This document shows, piece after piece, positions 12,201 through 27,086 of a stretch of 64,000 nt of DNA. Made by a program: the position numbers and the translations under genes. Under the pieces are notes generated by a model, which ran no database searches, was not told where the DNA came from, and saw only the letters and a list, made by a program, of their open reading frames with translations. Position 1 is the stretch's first letter. Every line of letters starts with the position of its first letter. Origin of the DNA: Nemertoderma westbladi (Eukaryota; Animalia; Xenacoelomorpha); assembly GCA_032718475.1 (NCBI GenBank), contig JAUCBJ010003721.1:62001-126000 (forward strand), in the 5' to 3' direction.

Positions 12201-15200
12201 CTGTCCAACATACAACTTGGATCCGTCCAACATACAACTTGGATCCGTCCAACATACAACTTGGATCCGTCCAACATACAACTTGGATCCATCCAACATA
12301 CAACTTGGATCCGTCCAACATACAACTTGGATCCGTTCAACATACAACTTGGATCCATCCAACATACAACTTGGATCCGTCCAACCCAACTTGGATCCGT
12401 CCAACATACAACTTGGATCCGTCCAACCCAACTTGGATCCGTGCAACCCAACTTGGATCCGTCCAACATCTAACTTGGATCCGTCCAACATCCAACTTGG
12501 ATCCGTCCAACATCCAACTTGGATCCGTCCAACACCCAACTTGGATCCGTCCAACATCCAAGTTGAATCCGTCCAACATCCAACTTGGATCCGTCCAACA
12601 TCCAACTTGGATCCGTCCAACACCCAACTTGGATCCGTCCAACATCCAAGTTGAATCCGTCCAACATCCAACTTGGATCCTTCCAACCCAACTTGGATCC
12701 GTGCAACCCAACTTGGATCCGTCCAACATCTAACTTGGATCCGTCCAACATCCAACTTGGATCCGTCCAACATCCAACTTGGATCCGTCCAACACCCAAC
12801 TTGGATCCGTCCAACATCCAAGTTGAATCCGTCCAACATCCAACTTGGATCCGTCTAAGATCCACCTTGGATCAGTCCAACATCCAACTTGGATCCGTCC
12901 AATATCTAACTTGGATCCGTCCAACCCAACTTGGATCCGTCCAACATACAACTTGGATCCGTCCAACCCAACTTGGATCCGTGCAACCCAACTTGGATCC
13001 GTCCAACATCTAACTTGGATCCGTCCAACATCCAACTTGGATCCGTCCAACATCCAACTTGGATCCGTCCAACACCCAACTTGGATCCGTCCAACATCCA
13101 AGTTGAATCCGTCCAACATCCAACTTGGATCCGTCTAAGATCCACCTTGGATCAGTCCAACATCCAACTTGGATCCGTCCAATATCTAACTTGGATCCGT
13201 CCAACATCCAACTTGGATCCGTCCAACATCCAACTTGGATCCGTCCAACATCCAACTTGGATCCGTCCAACACCCAACTTGGATCCGTCCAACATCCAAG
13301 TTGAATCCGTCCAACATCCAACTTGGATCCGTCTAAGATCCACCTTGGATCAGTCCAACATCCAACTTGGATCCGTCCAATATCTAACTTGGATCCGTCC
13401 AACAACCAACTTGGATCCGTCCAACATCCAACTTGGATCCGTCCAACATCCAACTTGGATCCGTCCAACATACAACTTGGATCCGTCCAACATCCAACTT
13501 GGATCCGTCCAACATCCAACTTGTATCCGTCCAACATCCAACTTAGATCCGTCCAACATCCAACTTGGATCCGTCCAACATCCAACTTGGATCCGTCCAA
13601 CATCCACCTTGGATCCGTCCAACCCAACTTGGATCCGTCCAACATCCAACTTGGATCCGTCCACCATCCAACTTGGATCCGTCCAACATCCACCTTGGAT
13701 CCGTCCAATCCAACTTGGATCCGTCCAACATCCAACTTGGATCCGTCCAACATACAACTTGGATCCGTCCAACATCCAACTTGGATCCGTTCAACATCCA
13801 ACTTGGATCCGTACAACATACAACTTGGATCCGTCCAATATCCAACTTGGATCCGTCCAACCCAACTTGGATCCGTCCAATATCCAACTTGGAACCGTCC
13901 AACCCAACTTGGATCCGTCCAACACCCAACTTGGATCCGTCCAACCCAACTTGGATCCGTCCAACACCCAACTTGGATCCGTCCAACATCCAACTTGGAT
14001 CCGTCCAACCCAATTTGGATCCGTCCAACATCCACCTTGGATCCGTCCAACATCCAACTTGGATCCGTCCAACATCCAACTTGGATCCGTCCAACCCAAC
14101 TTGGATCCGTCCAACATACAACTTGGATCAGTCCAACCCAACTTGGATCCGTCCAACACCCAACTTGGATCCATCCAACATCCAACTTGGATCCGTCCAA
14201 CATCCAACTTGGATCCGTCCAATATCTAACTTGGATCCGTCCAATATCTAACTTGGATCCGTCCAACATCCAACTTGGATCCATCCAACATGGATCCGTC
14301 CAACATACAACTTGGATCCGTCCAACCCAACTTGGATCCGTCCAACATACAACTTGGATCCGTCCAACATCCAACTTGGATCCGTCCAACATCCAACTTG
14401 GATCCGTCCAACATCCAAATTGGATCCGTCCAACCCAACTTGGATCCGTCCAACATCCAACTTGGATCCGTCCAACATCCAACTTGGATCCGTCCAACAT
14501 CCAACTTGGATCCGTCCAATATCTAACTTGGATCCGTCCAACAACCAACTTGGATCCGTCCAACATACAACTTGGATCCGTCCAACATACAACTTGGATC
14601 CGTCCAACATCCAACTTGGATCCGTCCAACATCCAACTTGGATCCGTCCAACATCCAAATTGGATCCGTCCAACCCAACTTGGATCCGTCCAACATCCAA
14701 CTTGGATCCGTCCAACATCCAACTTGGATCCGTCCAACATCCAACTTGGATCCGTCCAATATCTAACTTGGATCCGTCCAACAACCAACTTGGATCCGTC
14801 CAACATACAACTTGGATCCATCCAACATACAACTTGGATCCGTCCAACCCAACTTGGATCCGTCCAACATACAACTTGGATCCGTCCAACCCAACTTGGA
14901 TCCGTGCAACCCAACTTGGATCCGTCCAACATCCAACTTGGATCCGTCCAACATCCAACTTGGATCCGTCCAACATCCAACTTGGATCCGTCCAACATAC
15001 AACTTGGATCCGTCCAACATCCAACTTGGATCCGTCCAACACCCAACTTGGATCCGTCCAACATCCAAGTTGGATCCGTCCAACATCCAACTTGGATCCG
15101 TCCAATATCTAACTTGGATCCGTCCAACAACCAACTTGGATCCGTCCAACATACAACTTGGATCCGTCCAACATACAACTTGGATCCGTTCAACATACAA

Positions 15201-18200
15201 CTTGGATCCGTCCAACATACAACTTGGATCCGTCCAACATACAACTTGGATCCGTCCAACATACAACTTGGATCCGTCCAACATACAACTTGGATCCATC
15301 CAACATACAACTTGGATCCGTCCAACATACAACTTGGATCCGTTCAACATACAACTTGGATCCATCCAACATACAACTTGGATCCGTCCAACCCAACTTG
15401 GATCCGTCCAACATACAACTTGGATCCGTCCAACCCAACTTGGATCCGTGCAACCCAACTTGGATCCGTCCAACATCTAACTTGGATCCGTCCAACATCC
15501 AACTTGGATCCGTCCAACATCCAACTTGGATCCGTCCAACACCCAACTTGGATCCGTCCAACATCCAAGTTGAATCCGTCCAACATCCAACTTGGATCCG
15601 TCCAACATCCAACTTGGATCCGTCCAACACCCAACTTGGATCCGTCCAACATCCAAGTTGAATCCGTCCAACATCCAACTTGGATCCGTCCAACCCAACT
15701 TGGATCCGTGCAACCCAACTTGGATCAGTCCAACATCTAACTTGGATCCGTCCAACATCCAACTTGGATCCGTCCAACATCCAACTTGGATCCGTCCAAC
15801 ACCCAACTTGGATCCGTCCAACATCCAAGTTGAATCCGTCCAACATCCAACTTGGATCCGTCTAAGATCCACCTTGGATCAGTCCAACATCCAACTTGGA
15901 TCCGTCCAATATCTAACTTGGATCCGTCCAACCCAACTTGGATCCGTCCAACATACAACTTGGATCCGTCCAACCCAACTTGGATCCGTGCAACCCAACT
16001 TGGATCCGTCCAACATCTAACTTGGATCCGTCCAACATCCAACTTGGATCCGTCCAACATCCAACTTGGATCCGTCCAACACCCAACTTGGATCCGTCCA
16101 ACATCCAAGTTGAATCCGTCCAACATCCAACTTGGATCCGTCTAAGATCCACCTTGGATCAGTCCAACATCCAACTTGGATCCGTCCAATATCTAACTTG
16201 GATCCGTCCAACATCCAACTTGGATCCGTCCAACATCCAACTTGGATCCGTCCAACATCCAACTTGGATCCGTCCAACACCCAACTTGGATCCGTCCAAC
16301 ATCCAAGTTGAATCCGTCCAACATCCAACTTGGATCCGTCTAAGATCCACCTTGGATCAGTCCAACATCCAACTTGGATCCGTCCAATATCTAACTTGGA
16401 TCCGTCCAACAACCAACTTGGATCCGTCCAACATCCAACTTGGATCCGTCCAACATCCAACTTGGATCCGTCCAACATACAACTTGGATCCGTCCAACAT
16501 CCAACTTGGATCCGTCCAACATCCAACTTGTATCCGTCCAACATCCAACTTAGATCCGTCCAACATCCAACTTGGATCCGTCCAACATCCAACTTGGATC
16601 CGTCCAACATCCACCTTGGATCCGTCCAACCCAACTTGGATCCGTCCAACATCCAACTTGGATCCGTCCACCATCCAACTTGGATCCGTCCAACATCCAC
16701 CTTGGATCCGTCCAATCCAACTTGGATCCGTCCAACATCCAACTTGGATCCGTCCAACATACAACTTGGATCCGTCCAACATCCAACTTGGATCCGTTCA
16801 ACATCCAACTTGGATCCGTACAACATACAACTTGGATCCGTCCAATATCCAACTTGGATCCGTCCAACCCAACTTGGATCCGTCCAATATCCAACTTGGA
16901 ACCGTCCAACCCAACTTGGATCCGTCCAACACCCAACTTGGATCCGTCCAACCCAACTTGGATCCGTCCAACACCCAACTTGGATCCGTCCAACATCCAA
17001 CTTGGATCTGTCCAACCCAATTTGGATCCGTCCAACATCCACCTTGGATCCGTCCAACATCCAACTTGGATCCGTCCAACATCCAACTTGGATCCGTCCA
17101 ACCCAACTTGGATCCGTCCAACATACAACTTGGATCAGTCCAACCCAACTTGGATCCGTCCAACACCCAACTTGGATCCATCCAACATCCAACTTGGATC
17201 CGTCCAACATCCAACTTGGATCCGTCCAATATCTAACTTGGATCCGTCCAATATCTAACTTGGATCCGTCCAACATCCAACTTGGATCCATCCAACATGG
17301 ATCCGTCCAACATACAACTTGGATCCGTCCAACCCAACTTGGATCCGTCCAACATACAACTTGGATCCGTCCAACATCCAACTTGGATCCGTCCAACATC
17401 CAACTTGGATCCGTCCAACATCCAAATTGGATCCGTCCAACCCAACTTGGATCCGTCCAACATCCAACTTGGATCCGTCCAACATCCAACTTGGATCCGT
17501 CCAACATCCAACTTGGATCCGTCCAACATCCAACTTGGATCCGTCCAACCCAACTTGGATCCGTCCAACATCCAACTTGGATCCGTCCAACATCCAACTT
17601 GGATCCGTCCAACATCCAACTTGGATCCGTCCAACCCAACTTGGATCCGTCCAACATCCAACTTGGATCCGTCCTACATCCAACTTGGATCCGTCCAACA
17701 TCCAACTTTGATCCGTCCAACATCCAACTTGGATCCGTCCAACCCAACTTGGATCCGTCCAACATCCAACTTGGATCCGTCCAACATCCAACTTGGATCC
17801 GTCCAACATCCAACTTGGATCCGTCCTACATACAACTTGGATCCGTCCAACATACAACTTGGATCCATCCAACATACAACTTGGATCCGTCCAACCCAAC
17901 TTGGATCCGTCCAACATACAACTTGGATCCGTCCAACCCAACTTGGATCCGTGCAACCCAACTTGGATCCGTCCAACATCCAACTTGGATCCGTCCAACA
18001 TCCAACTTGGATCCGTCCAACATACAACTTGGATCCGTCCAACATCCAACTTGGATCCGTCCAACACCCAACTTGGATCCGTCCAACATCCAAGTTGGAT
18101 CCGTCCAACATCCAACTTGGATCCGTCTAAGATCCACCTTGGATCAGTCCAACATCCAACTTGGATCCGTCCAATATCTAACTTGGATCCGTCCAACAAC

Positions 18201-21200
18201 CAACTTGGATCCGTCCAACATCCAACTTGGATCCGTCCAACATACAACTTGGATCCATCCAACATACAACTTGGATCCGTCCAACATACAACTTGGATCC
18301 GTCCAACATCCAACTTGATCCGTCCATCATACAACTTGGATCCGTCCAACATACAACTTGGATCCGTTCAACATACAACTTGGATCCATCCAACATACAA
18401 CTTGGATCCGTCCAACCCAACTTGGATCCGTCCAACATACAACTTGGATCCATCCAACATACAACTTGGATCCGTCCAACCCAACTTGGATCCGTCCAAC
18501 ATACAACTTGGATCCGTCCAACCCAACTTGGATCCGTGCAACCCAACTTGGATCCGTCCAACATCCAACTTGGATCCGTCCAACATCCAACTTGGATCCG
18601 TCCAACATACAACTTGGATCCGTCCAACATCCAACTTGGATCCGTCCAACACCCAACTTGGATCCGTCCAACATCCAAGTTGGATCCGTCCAACATCCAA
18701 CTTGGATCCGTCCAATATCTAACTTGGATCCGTCCAACAACCAACTTGGATCCGTCCAACATACAACTTGGATCCGTTCAACATACAACTTGGATCCGTT
18801 CAACATACAACTTGGATCCGTCCAACATACAACTTGGATCCGTCCAACATACAACTTGGATCCGTCCAACATACAACTTGGATCCGTCCAACATACAACT
18901 TGGATCCATCCAACATACAACTTGGATCCGTCCAACATCCAAGTTGGATCCGTCCAACATCCAACTTGGATCCGTCCAATATCTAACTTGGATCCGTCCA
19001 ACAACCAACTTGGATCCGTCCAACATACAACTTGGATCCGTTCAACATACAACTTGGATCCGTTCAACATACAACTTGGATCCGTCCAACATACAACTTG
19101 GATCCGTCCAACATACAACTTGGATCCGTCCAACATACAACTTGGATCCGTCCAACATACAACTTGGATCCGTTCAACATACAACTTGGATCCGTCCAAC
19201 ATACAACTTGGATCCGTCCAACATACAACTTGGATCCGTCCAACATACAACTTGGATCCGTTCAACATACAACTTGGATCCATCCAACATACAACTTGGA
19301 TCCGTCCAACCCAACTTGGATCCGTCCAACATACAACTTGGATCCGTCCAACCCAACTTGGATCCGTGCAACCCAACTTGGATCCGTCCAACATCTAACT
19401 TGGATCCGTCCAACATCCAACTTGGATCCGTCCAACATCCAACTTGGATCCGTCCAACACCCAACTTGGATCCGTCCAACATCCAAGTTGAATCCGTCCA
19501 ACATCCAACTTGGATCCGTCTAAGATCCACCTTGGATCAGTCCAACATCCAACTTGGATCCGTCCAATATCTAACTTGGATCCGTCCAACATCCAACTTG
19601 GATCCGTCCAACATCCAACTTGGATCCGTCCAACACCCAACTTGGATCAGTCCAACATCCAACTTGGATCCGTCCAACACCCAACTTGGATCCGTCCAAC
19701 ATCCAAGTTGAATCCGTCCAACATCCAACTTGGATCCGTCCAACCCAACTTGGATCCGTGCAACCCAACTTGGATCCGTCCAACATCTAACTTGGATCCG
19801 TCCAACATCCAACTTGGATCCGTCCAACATCCAACTTGGATCCGTCCAACACCCAACTTGGATCCGTCCAACATCCAAGTTGAATCCGTCCAACATCCAA
19901 CTTGGATCCGTCTAAGATCCACCTTGGATCAGTCCAACATCCAACTTGGATCCGTCCAATATCTAACTTGGATCCGTCCAACCCAACTTGGATCCGTCCA
20001 ACATACAACTTGGATCCGTCCAACCCAACTTGGATCCGTGCAACCCAACTTGGATCCGTCCAACATCTAACTTGGATCCGTCCAACATCCAACTTGGATC
20101 CGTCCAACATCCAACTTGGATCCGTCCAACACCCAACTTGGATCCGTCCAACATCCAAGTTGAATCCGTCCAACATCCAACTTGGATCCGTCTAAGATCC
20201 ACCTTGGATCAGTCCAACATCCAACTTGGATCCGTCCAATATCTAACTTGGATCCGTCCAACATCCAACTTGGATCCGTCCAACATCCAACTTGGATCCG
20301 TCCAACATCCAACTTGGATCCGTCCAACACCCAACTTGGATCCGTCCAACATCCAAGTTGAATCCGTCCAACATCCAACTTGGATCCGTCTAAGATCCAC
20401 CTTGGATCAGTCCAACATCCAACTTGGATCCGTCCAATATCTAACTTGGATCCGTCCAACAACCAACTTGGATCCGTCCAACATCCAACTTGGATCCGTC
20501 CAACATCCAACTTGGATCCGTCCAACATACAACTTGGATCCGTCCAACATCCAACTTGGATCCGTCCAACATCCAACTTGTATCCGTCCAACATCCAACT
20601 TAGATCCGTCCAACATCCAACTTGGATCCGTCCAACATCCAACTTGGATCCGTCCAACATCCACCTTGGATCCGTCCAACCCAACTTGGATCCGTCCAAC
20701 ATCCAACTTGGATCCGTCCACCATCCAACTTGGATCCGTCCAACATCCACCTTGGATCCGTCCAATCCAACTTGGATCCGTCCAACATCCAACTTGGATC
20801 CGTCCAACATACAACTTGGATCCGTCCAACATCCAACTTGGATCCGTTCAACATCCAACTTGGATCCGTACAACATACAACTTGGATCCGTCCAATATCC
20901 AACTTGGATCCGTCCAACCCAACTTGGATCCGTCCAATATCCAACTTGGAACCGTCCAACCCAACTTGGATCCGTCCAACACCCAACTTGGATCCGTCCA
21001 ACCCAACTTGGATCCGTCCAACACCCAACTTGGATCCGTCCAACATCCAACTTGGATCCGTCCAACCCAATTTGGATCCGTCCAACATCCACCTTGGATC
21101 CGTCCAACATCCAACTTGGATCCGTCCAACATCCAACTTGGATCCGTCCAACCCAACTTGGATCCGTCCAACATACAACTTGGATCAGTCCAACCCAACT

Positions 21201-22300
21201 TGGATCCGTCCAACACCCAACTTGGATCCATCCAACATCCAACTTGGATCCGTCCAACATCCAACTTGGATCCGTCCAATATCTAACTTGGATCCGTCCA
21301 ATATCTAACTTGGATCCGTCCAACATCCAACTTGGATCCATCCAACATGGATCCGTCCAACATACAACTTGGATCCGTCCAACCCAACTTGGATCCGTCC
21401 AACATACAACTTGGATCCGTCCAACATCCAACTTGGATCCGTCCAACATCCAACTTGGATCCGTCCAACATCCAAATTGGATCCGTCCAACCCAACTTGG
21501 ATCCGTCCAACATCCAACTTGGATCCGTCCAACATCCAACTTGGATCCGTCCAACATCCAACTTGGATCCGTCCAACATCCAACTTGGATCCGTCCAACC
21601 CAACTTGGATCCGTCCAACATCCAACTTGGATCCGTCCAACATCCAACTTGGATCCGTCCAACATCCAACTTGGATCCGTCCAACCCAACTTGGATCCGT
21701 CCAACATCCAACTTGGATCCGTCCTACATCCAACTTGGATCCGTCCAACATCCAACTTTGATCCGTCCAACATCCAACTTGGATCCGTCCAACCCAACTT
21801 GGATCCGTCCAACATCCAACTTGGATCCGTCCAACATCCAACTTGGATCCGTCCAACATCCAACTTGGATCCGTCCTACATCCAACTTGGATCCGTCCAA
21901 CCCAACTTGGATCCGTCCAACATCCAACTTGGATCCGTCCAACCCAACTTGGATCCATCCAACCCAACTTGGATCCGTCCAACATCCAACTTGGATCCAT
22001 CCAATATCTAACTTGGATCCGTCCAATATCTAACTTGGATCCGTCCAACCCAACTTGGATCCGTCCAACACCCAACTTGGATCCGTCCAACCCAACTTGG
22101 ATCCGTCCAACATCCAACTTGGATCCGTCAAACATACATCTTGGATCCGTCCAACCCAACTTGGATCTGTCCAACACCCAACTTGGATCCGTCCAACCCA
22201 ACTTGGATCCGTCCAACATCCAACTTGGATCCGTCCAACCCAACTTGGATCCGTCCAACCCAACTTGGATCCGTCCAACATCCAACTTGGATCCGTCCAA
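6275..22300 (-). mobile_element. Helentron/HINE-like non-autonomous element, copy 1, whose 5' end is expanded into the satellite
   Basis: 6275-6660 is the reverse complement of 30031-30800 (insertions aside); 3' hairpin GCTTGCCAGC-cgaga-GCTGGCAAGC at 6279-6303; (GTTT/GT)n microsatellite next to the 5' hairpin. Confidence 0.75.
6661..22300. repeat. 15.6-kb satellite array, 22-bp monomer CCAACTTGGATCCGTCCAACAT with 19-bp variant and higher-order structure
   Basis: Continuous tandem units, most with a BamHI site; roughly 700-750 monomers by length; identical blocks recur at offsets 2111, 1590, 3007 and 4050 bp. Confidence 0.99.
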
Positions 22301-23700
22301 TTATACACTCCTGAGGTTTCGATGAATGTATGTATATAGCTTGGTCGGAGGGAGGCTGTATGTTGAAACAAACATGTGAAGGGCAATGAATAAATAATAT
22401 ATGATTAAATAATACACAGATCGCTAAATTAGTTAGCCTTTGGACCTGGAAATGGTGCAAAGATAAAATCTGTTTGAATTACATTCGTTCAGATTTCTTC
22501 ATATTAAGAATTCGAGGATAGTAATTACGATACTTATTACATGTTATTTATAATTAATTATGTTTAACTTCAAACTTAACTTAAAACTTAACTTAAAACT
22601 TTTTGAATTGTGAAGTTTACACTTACTCACTATTTATTTTACAAAAAGTAAAGTAAAATTAATATTAATCCGCAATTTAGAGGAATAGTAAAGGGGCATT
22701 TGGTTTTCGAGGGACAGTTACATCTTTTATAGCTCCGACTAAATTTAAAATTGTCAACCGCATACATCCTCCCGAACATATTCCATAAAATAAAATGTAG
22801 AGATACAGTTTTTGTGGGATTTAGATATTATTTCAATAGATACACACATAAAATATGCAAAGCTAAGTAACATTAACATTAATAAACTCTTAAAACACAA
22901 AGAGGGAAATAAAATAACAGAGATAAAATAACCCGCGAGTTGAAGCTATGCCGTGAATCCACTGGGGTTCCGTAACTGGTTGATAGAACGGTGCCACGCC
23001 CAAGCCAACGAATAATAACACAAGAGAGTCGCATATATAGATATTGATAGTTGAGCTGAAGAAACTGTCATAAAAACAATAAGATTGAGGAACCAGAGCA
23101 CGAAAATAAATCACCACTTTCAGCAAATTATAATGGATTTTTAAAGGTAATTAGGCCATTCCTAAGGATAGCAACAGATAAATAATTTAGTTAATTCCAG
23201 TAATTACGGTTATATGTATCACTTCGGAAGGGGGGTGGTATTAAATGTAAAATCAACTGGAATACACAAAACCTCTGGTACTAGTCAAGTTAGTTGTGGG
23301 GCGAGCCTTAGCGCACAATTATAATTAGTAAATAGGGCAAAATTTAATGTCAGTCTGTCTGTCTGAAATTAACAATTCATACGTAAATAACTTTTGAAGA
23401 TTTTAACTATTTTCAACAAAATTTTGTATGGGCATATTAGAGAAAAAGTTGCAATATTTTTTAAAGTTACGGGTAAATAAATACCTCTGGAACTTTTGAC
23501 TCCAGATCAACTCGAACTTGCTCGCGTGCTGCGCGATGCCCCACGAACGTGTTATAAACTGCAGATAGTTAAAGGAATATTATTTTTTAAACATTTATAA
23601 TCTGATTAAATTAAATACTTTATTATTATTTTAGTTATTAAATTTACATTAAAAACACTTTATTAACTTTTGTTTGTATTATTGATTAACAACATATTAA

Positions 23701-24357
23701 ATGCAAAGATTTCTTAAAAAACTTATTGGACTATGCGGAATCCTGACGTTACTCATTCTCTTAATCATAAATCTGATTGGATTAAAGACAGACACTAAGT
23801 GCTACCTGCCTCATTCCGAGCAACAGAGGCAGGAGTATACCATTGTAACTACGGAAGCCCAGCCAGTAGCAGTGCAGACCCAAACAACAACGAATACAAT
23901 AAATCGCAAACTTTTACTACTCAAGGACTTTCTAAGACCTACCAACACAGACAACCACGCTAAGCACATACTCGATTGCATTGATATCAGAGACATGTCC
24001 ACAGTCACACTGAAGCAGGGGGTTTCTAAGCAAACAGACTTGGGTTACTATGGCGACTACAAAGTGGTTCTAAAACGTTTAAATCCAAACGGTGCCGATG
24101 TTAAAAATTGTCTAAAGACAGTGGCGAAGGGTCACGAGCATTCCTGCAGGACAATGCCTAACTTTAAGTTGCTAAAGGAAATCGCCTTATTGGGCCAACT
24201 ACAGCACAGGAGTTTGGCAAAAATAACTGGGTGGTGCTTGAGGGGCGAACAAGGGGCGACCAATCACAGAGACGCTGGTATTGTCGTAGCTATGGAAGCC
24301 GGAACCCCAATGGATAAATCAACATTCAAAAACATGACACTTTACAATAGTTTAAAT
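23701..24357 (+). CDS. PKDCC: PKDCC/VLK-like secretory-pathway kinase, exon 1
   Basis: ATG, N-terminal hydrophobic anchor LIGLCGILTLLILLIINLIGL, then KVVLKR (catalytic Lys), C...C..MPNFKLLKEIALLGQLQH, ITGWC, VAMEAGTP; AAT|GTAAGT donor, phase 0. Confidence 0.85.
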
Positions 24358-24587
24358 GTAAGTTAATAAATTTAATAAATTAAAATTTAATAAATTTAAT
24401 ACTTAATTAATAAATAAAATAGATAAAAATAAAAATAAAAATAAAATAAATAAAAATAAAATAAATTATTACGAGGTAAATTTGTACGATATATCGGAGA
24501 ATTCGCTCCAAAAACAAGGATGGATAAGTCTGGATATTGCCTACAACAATTCTGCCCAATACAAAATCTATAAAATATACTTACTTT

Positions 24588-26321
24588 TAGGGATGTCCCG
24601 GAATTCCGTTACGGCCGGAATTCCGGCGGTTTTTGCCTGATTCCGGTTCCGGCCGGAATTACCGGAATGGGGTCAATTCCGGCCGGAATTTTACCGGAAT
24701 TACCAGGTTCCTAACAAGTTTGATAGTTGCAATTAGTTTGTTAAATTATTATCAACATTTATATATTTTTTAAACATTATTACCAATTAGTTTAAGATAG
24801 TTTTCAACACTTGTAAAAAAAAGTATAGAAATAAAGTTTTCTTCGACGGTTAGAGCTAACATTTAAGGATGAAAGGCATAGATGCCCCCTGGTTAGCCCC
24901 TTCAAACCATTCGTGCCGAATCGAAAACTGCATTGGCCCACATGCAGGGATCGAACCCAAGACCTCCAGATAGATGGGTATTCAATGCAACCACTACACC
25001 AAGGTGGAACCTAACTAACCTATCTAACGGGGGAAAATTCACAGCCAGTATGTAACACAATTCCAAAAAATTTAACCTAATAATTAAACTAAAATGGTCC
25101 CACCATCTGTTACACCACCTACTGTAGTATTCATATACAATTTACAATAACCCTCATAATTTACATTAATTAATTAAACCCTTTGTCCTTCTGAAGTTAT
25201 TTTATGAAATGCATCATTAGGCCCGTGCCCCACTGGTCAAAATGTCAAAATGAATGCCTCCTTGCTCCATTGGTAACACAAGTCATAAGTCATTTGATAA
25301 AAAATATAAGATGCATATCACATTTACTGCATATTTATACCCAAAGTAACCAATCACAGGCCTCTTGGCGGATATAACACATGAGTCATGTGTCAAAAGA
25401 TGGAACATGGGACATAATCACTTTCGACTCATAGGTCGTAACTTACGATTTACCCAGTGGAGACGATTCCATTGAAACCAATGTGTTCCATAATTTATTC
25501 TGACTAAGATTATTCCGTGTTCCACTGGTAAATTTTATGTATAAAACTTACCAGTGGAGCACGGAACACCAATTTGCTTATAAAATGACTTTTTTATATC
25601 GATTTTACATTGATCTTACAATATTTTACATTGATTTTTTACATTACTTCACATTGAATTTAAATTATTTTACATTGATTTTATATTATTTTAATTTGAA
25701 TTAATTATTAAATAATATGATAATATTATGATTGGTATTGTCCAACGTAACATATATGATTGCCCCTAAAGATTTGCAGCTTATTTCCATGGGGGTCCTA
25801 TATGTTACTTGGTTACAAATACAATATTACACAATTACAATCACTACTCTAACCTAAAACTAATATAAACGTTATTACAATACGTTCAGGTCCTGCGAGT
25901 GGTCGTTAGTTCAGTCCTGCGTTGTAGGTGCTGTATAATATAGTAGTTTTATTTATATTTACAGCAAAGCCATTTCTTACCATAAATCTATTTATTCCCA
26001 GCAATAATTAAACTGTAACATGTACTATTGGCCTCGTTTATTGTTTTGGTTCGAATAACATGTCTCGGTAACATGCTCCTTTCCTTTAAAGGCACCAGGA
26101 TTTGCACCAAAGGACCTAATGACGCGAAACCATAGGTTTTTGGTTAACGCAGGTTCTAAATGAGTCTAAAGGCTAAAAACCTAACTTTTGGCCAAAGTTA
26201 TAGATTTTCAATTCCCTGTCGTTCAATGCCAAAGTACCATCCCGTCCCCATAAACGGCCATAACGGCCCCGGCCATTCTCCACTCCACCCACCTTAATTC
26301 CCCCCAAGGTTCTAATTCATC
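24588..26321 (+). mobile_element. hAT-type non-autonomous composite element, copy lacking its right end
   Basis: Starts TAGGGATGTCCCGGAATTCCG; colinear with 27758-29153. Confidence 0.85.
24935..25010 (-). mobile_element. tRNA-derived SINE head inside the hAT element (second copy 28103-28178)
   Basis: A-box TGGTGTAGTGG and B-box GGTTCGATCCC with tRNA-like spacing but a degenerate cloverleaf. Confidence 0.7.
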
Positions 26322-26875
26322 AACGTTACTTTTTTCCCGGAGAAAAAACTACGAAAAAGTAAAATAAAGTATTTTTGGTGGAATTTCTTAACTTTATTTT
26401 GTAACACTATATCGCTATCATTTATTAAAGAATTGAGCAACAAAAACGTACAAATTTAAGAATAATATTACATTAGAAATTTTTTTTTAAATATTCTCGC
26501 GTCCCTTTACAAACCTCACTGACGCTCGGTAAATAAAATGCCTAGAGAATAGTGAAAAAAAGTTATACCTTTTTCCCCATGTAATTAATAATTATTTGTT
26601 TATTTATTATTTTATTTATTTTTTTAATATTTTTTTACCTTTATTTATTTTTATTATATTTAGATATATTAATTATTTTAGATATTTTAGTTATATTAGG
26701 GTTTGCATGTGGAGGATCTAATTTACTGTAGAAATAAATCATTACCGGGCCCCGAAACCATATGATAATAATGGGACCGAATTGTCGGCTCGAACTGTTA
26801 CGACGAGCCTTTACCATCAAATTAGCAACTTAAGGCCAAACTCGAATAAACTCGACTTGTATGTAAATATTACAG

Positions 26876-27086
26876 ATTGTTCGACAGATGTACGAATTGC
26901 TGGACTATTTGCGGGATTCTCCAATAGGTGATCTCCTAGTTCCCGACCTTAAGATTAACCAGTTCGCCTACACTTCCGACATGGTACCGAAACTCATCGA
27001 CGTAGATGATGTTTCAGACATGGTGAAGGAATGCAGAAGAGATGAAGACTGTACTCAGGTTGACGGGACGAGGAAAGGTGAAGTAG
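26876..27086 (+). CDS. PKDCC: PKDCC/VLK-like kinase, exon 2
   Basis: TTACAG acceptor; LLDYLRDSPIGDLLVPDLKINQF...KLIDVDD...ECRRDEDC, matching PKDCC SPLG...DFRPRQF...KVTDLDD...C....DC; AG|GTAGGT donor, phase 1 (an in-phase alternative donor lies after 27077). Confidence 0.85.

Noticed and set aside
6661-22300. CRISPR-like look (constant palindromic repeat plus variable linker)
   Set aside because: Linkers are only a few nt and recur, there are no unique spacers or cas genes, and the context is eukaryotic
6458-22460. Dozens of long ORFs (up to 991 aa; NLDPSNIQLGSVQ / WTDPSWMLDGSK repeats) in all six frames
   Set aside because: The 22-bp monomer lacks stop codons and its length is not a multiple of 3, so the same peptides appear in every frame; there is no coding signature
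24935-25010. Possible tRNA genes here, at 28103-28178, and a B-box at ~59670
   Set aside because: Stems are degenerate, the two copies differ in the anticodon region, and they are embedded in repeats, so they are better explained as SINE heads
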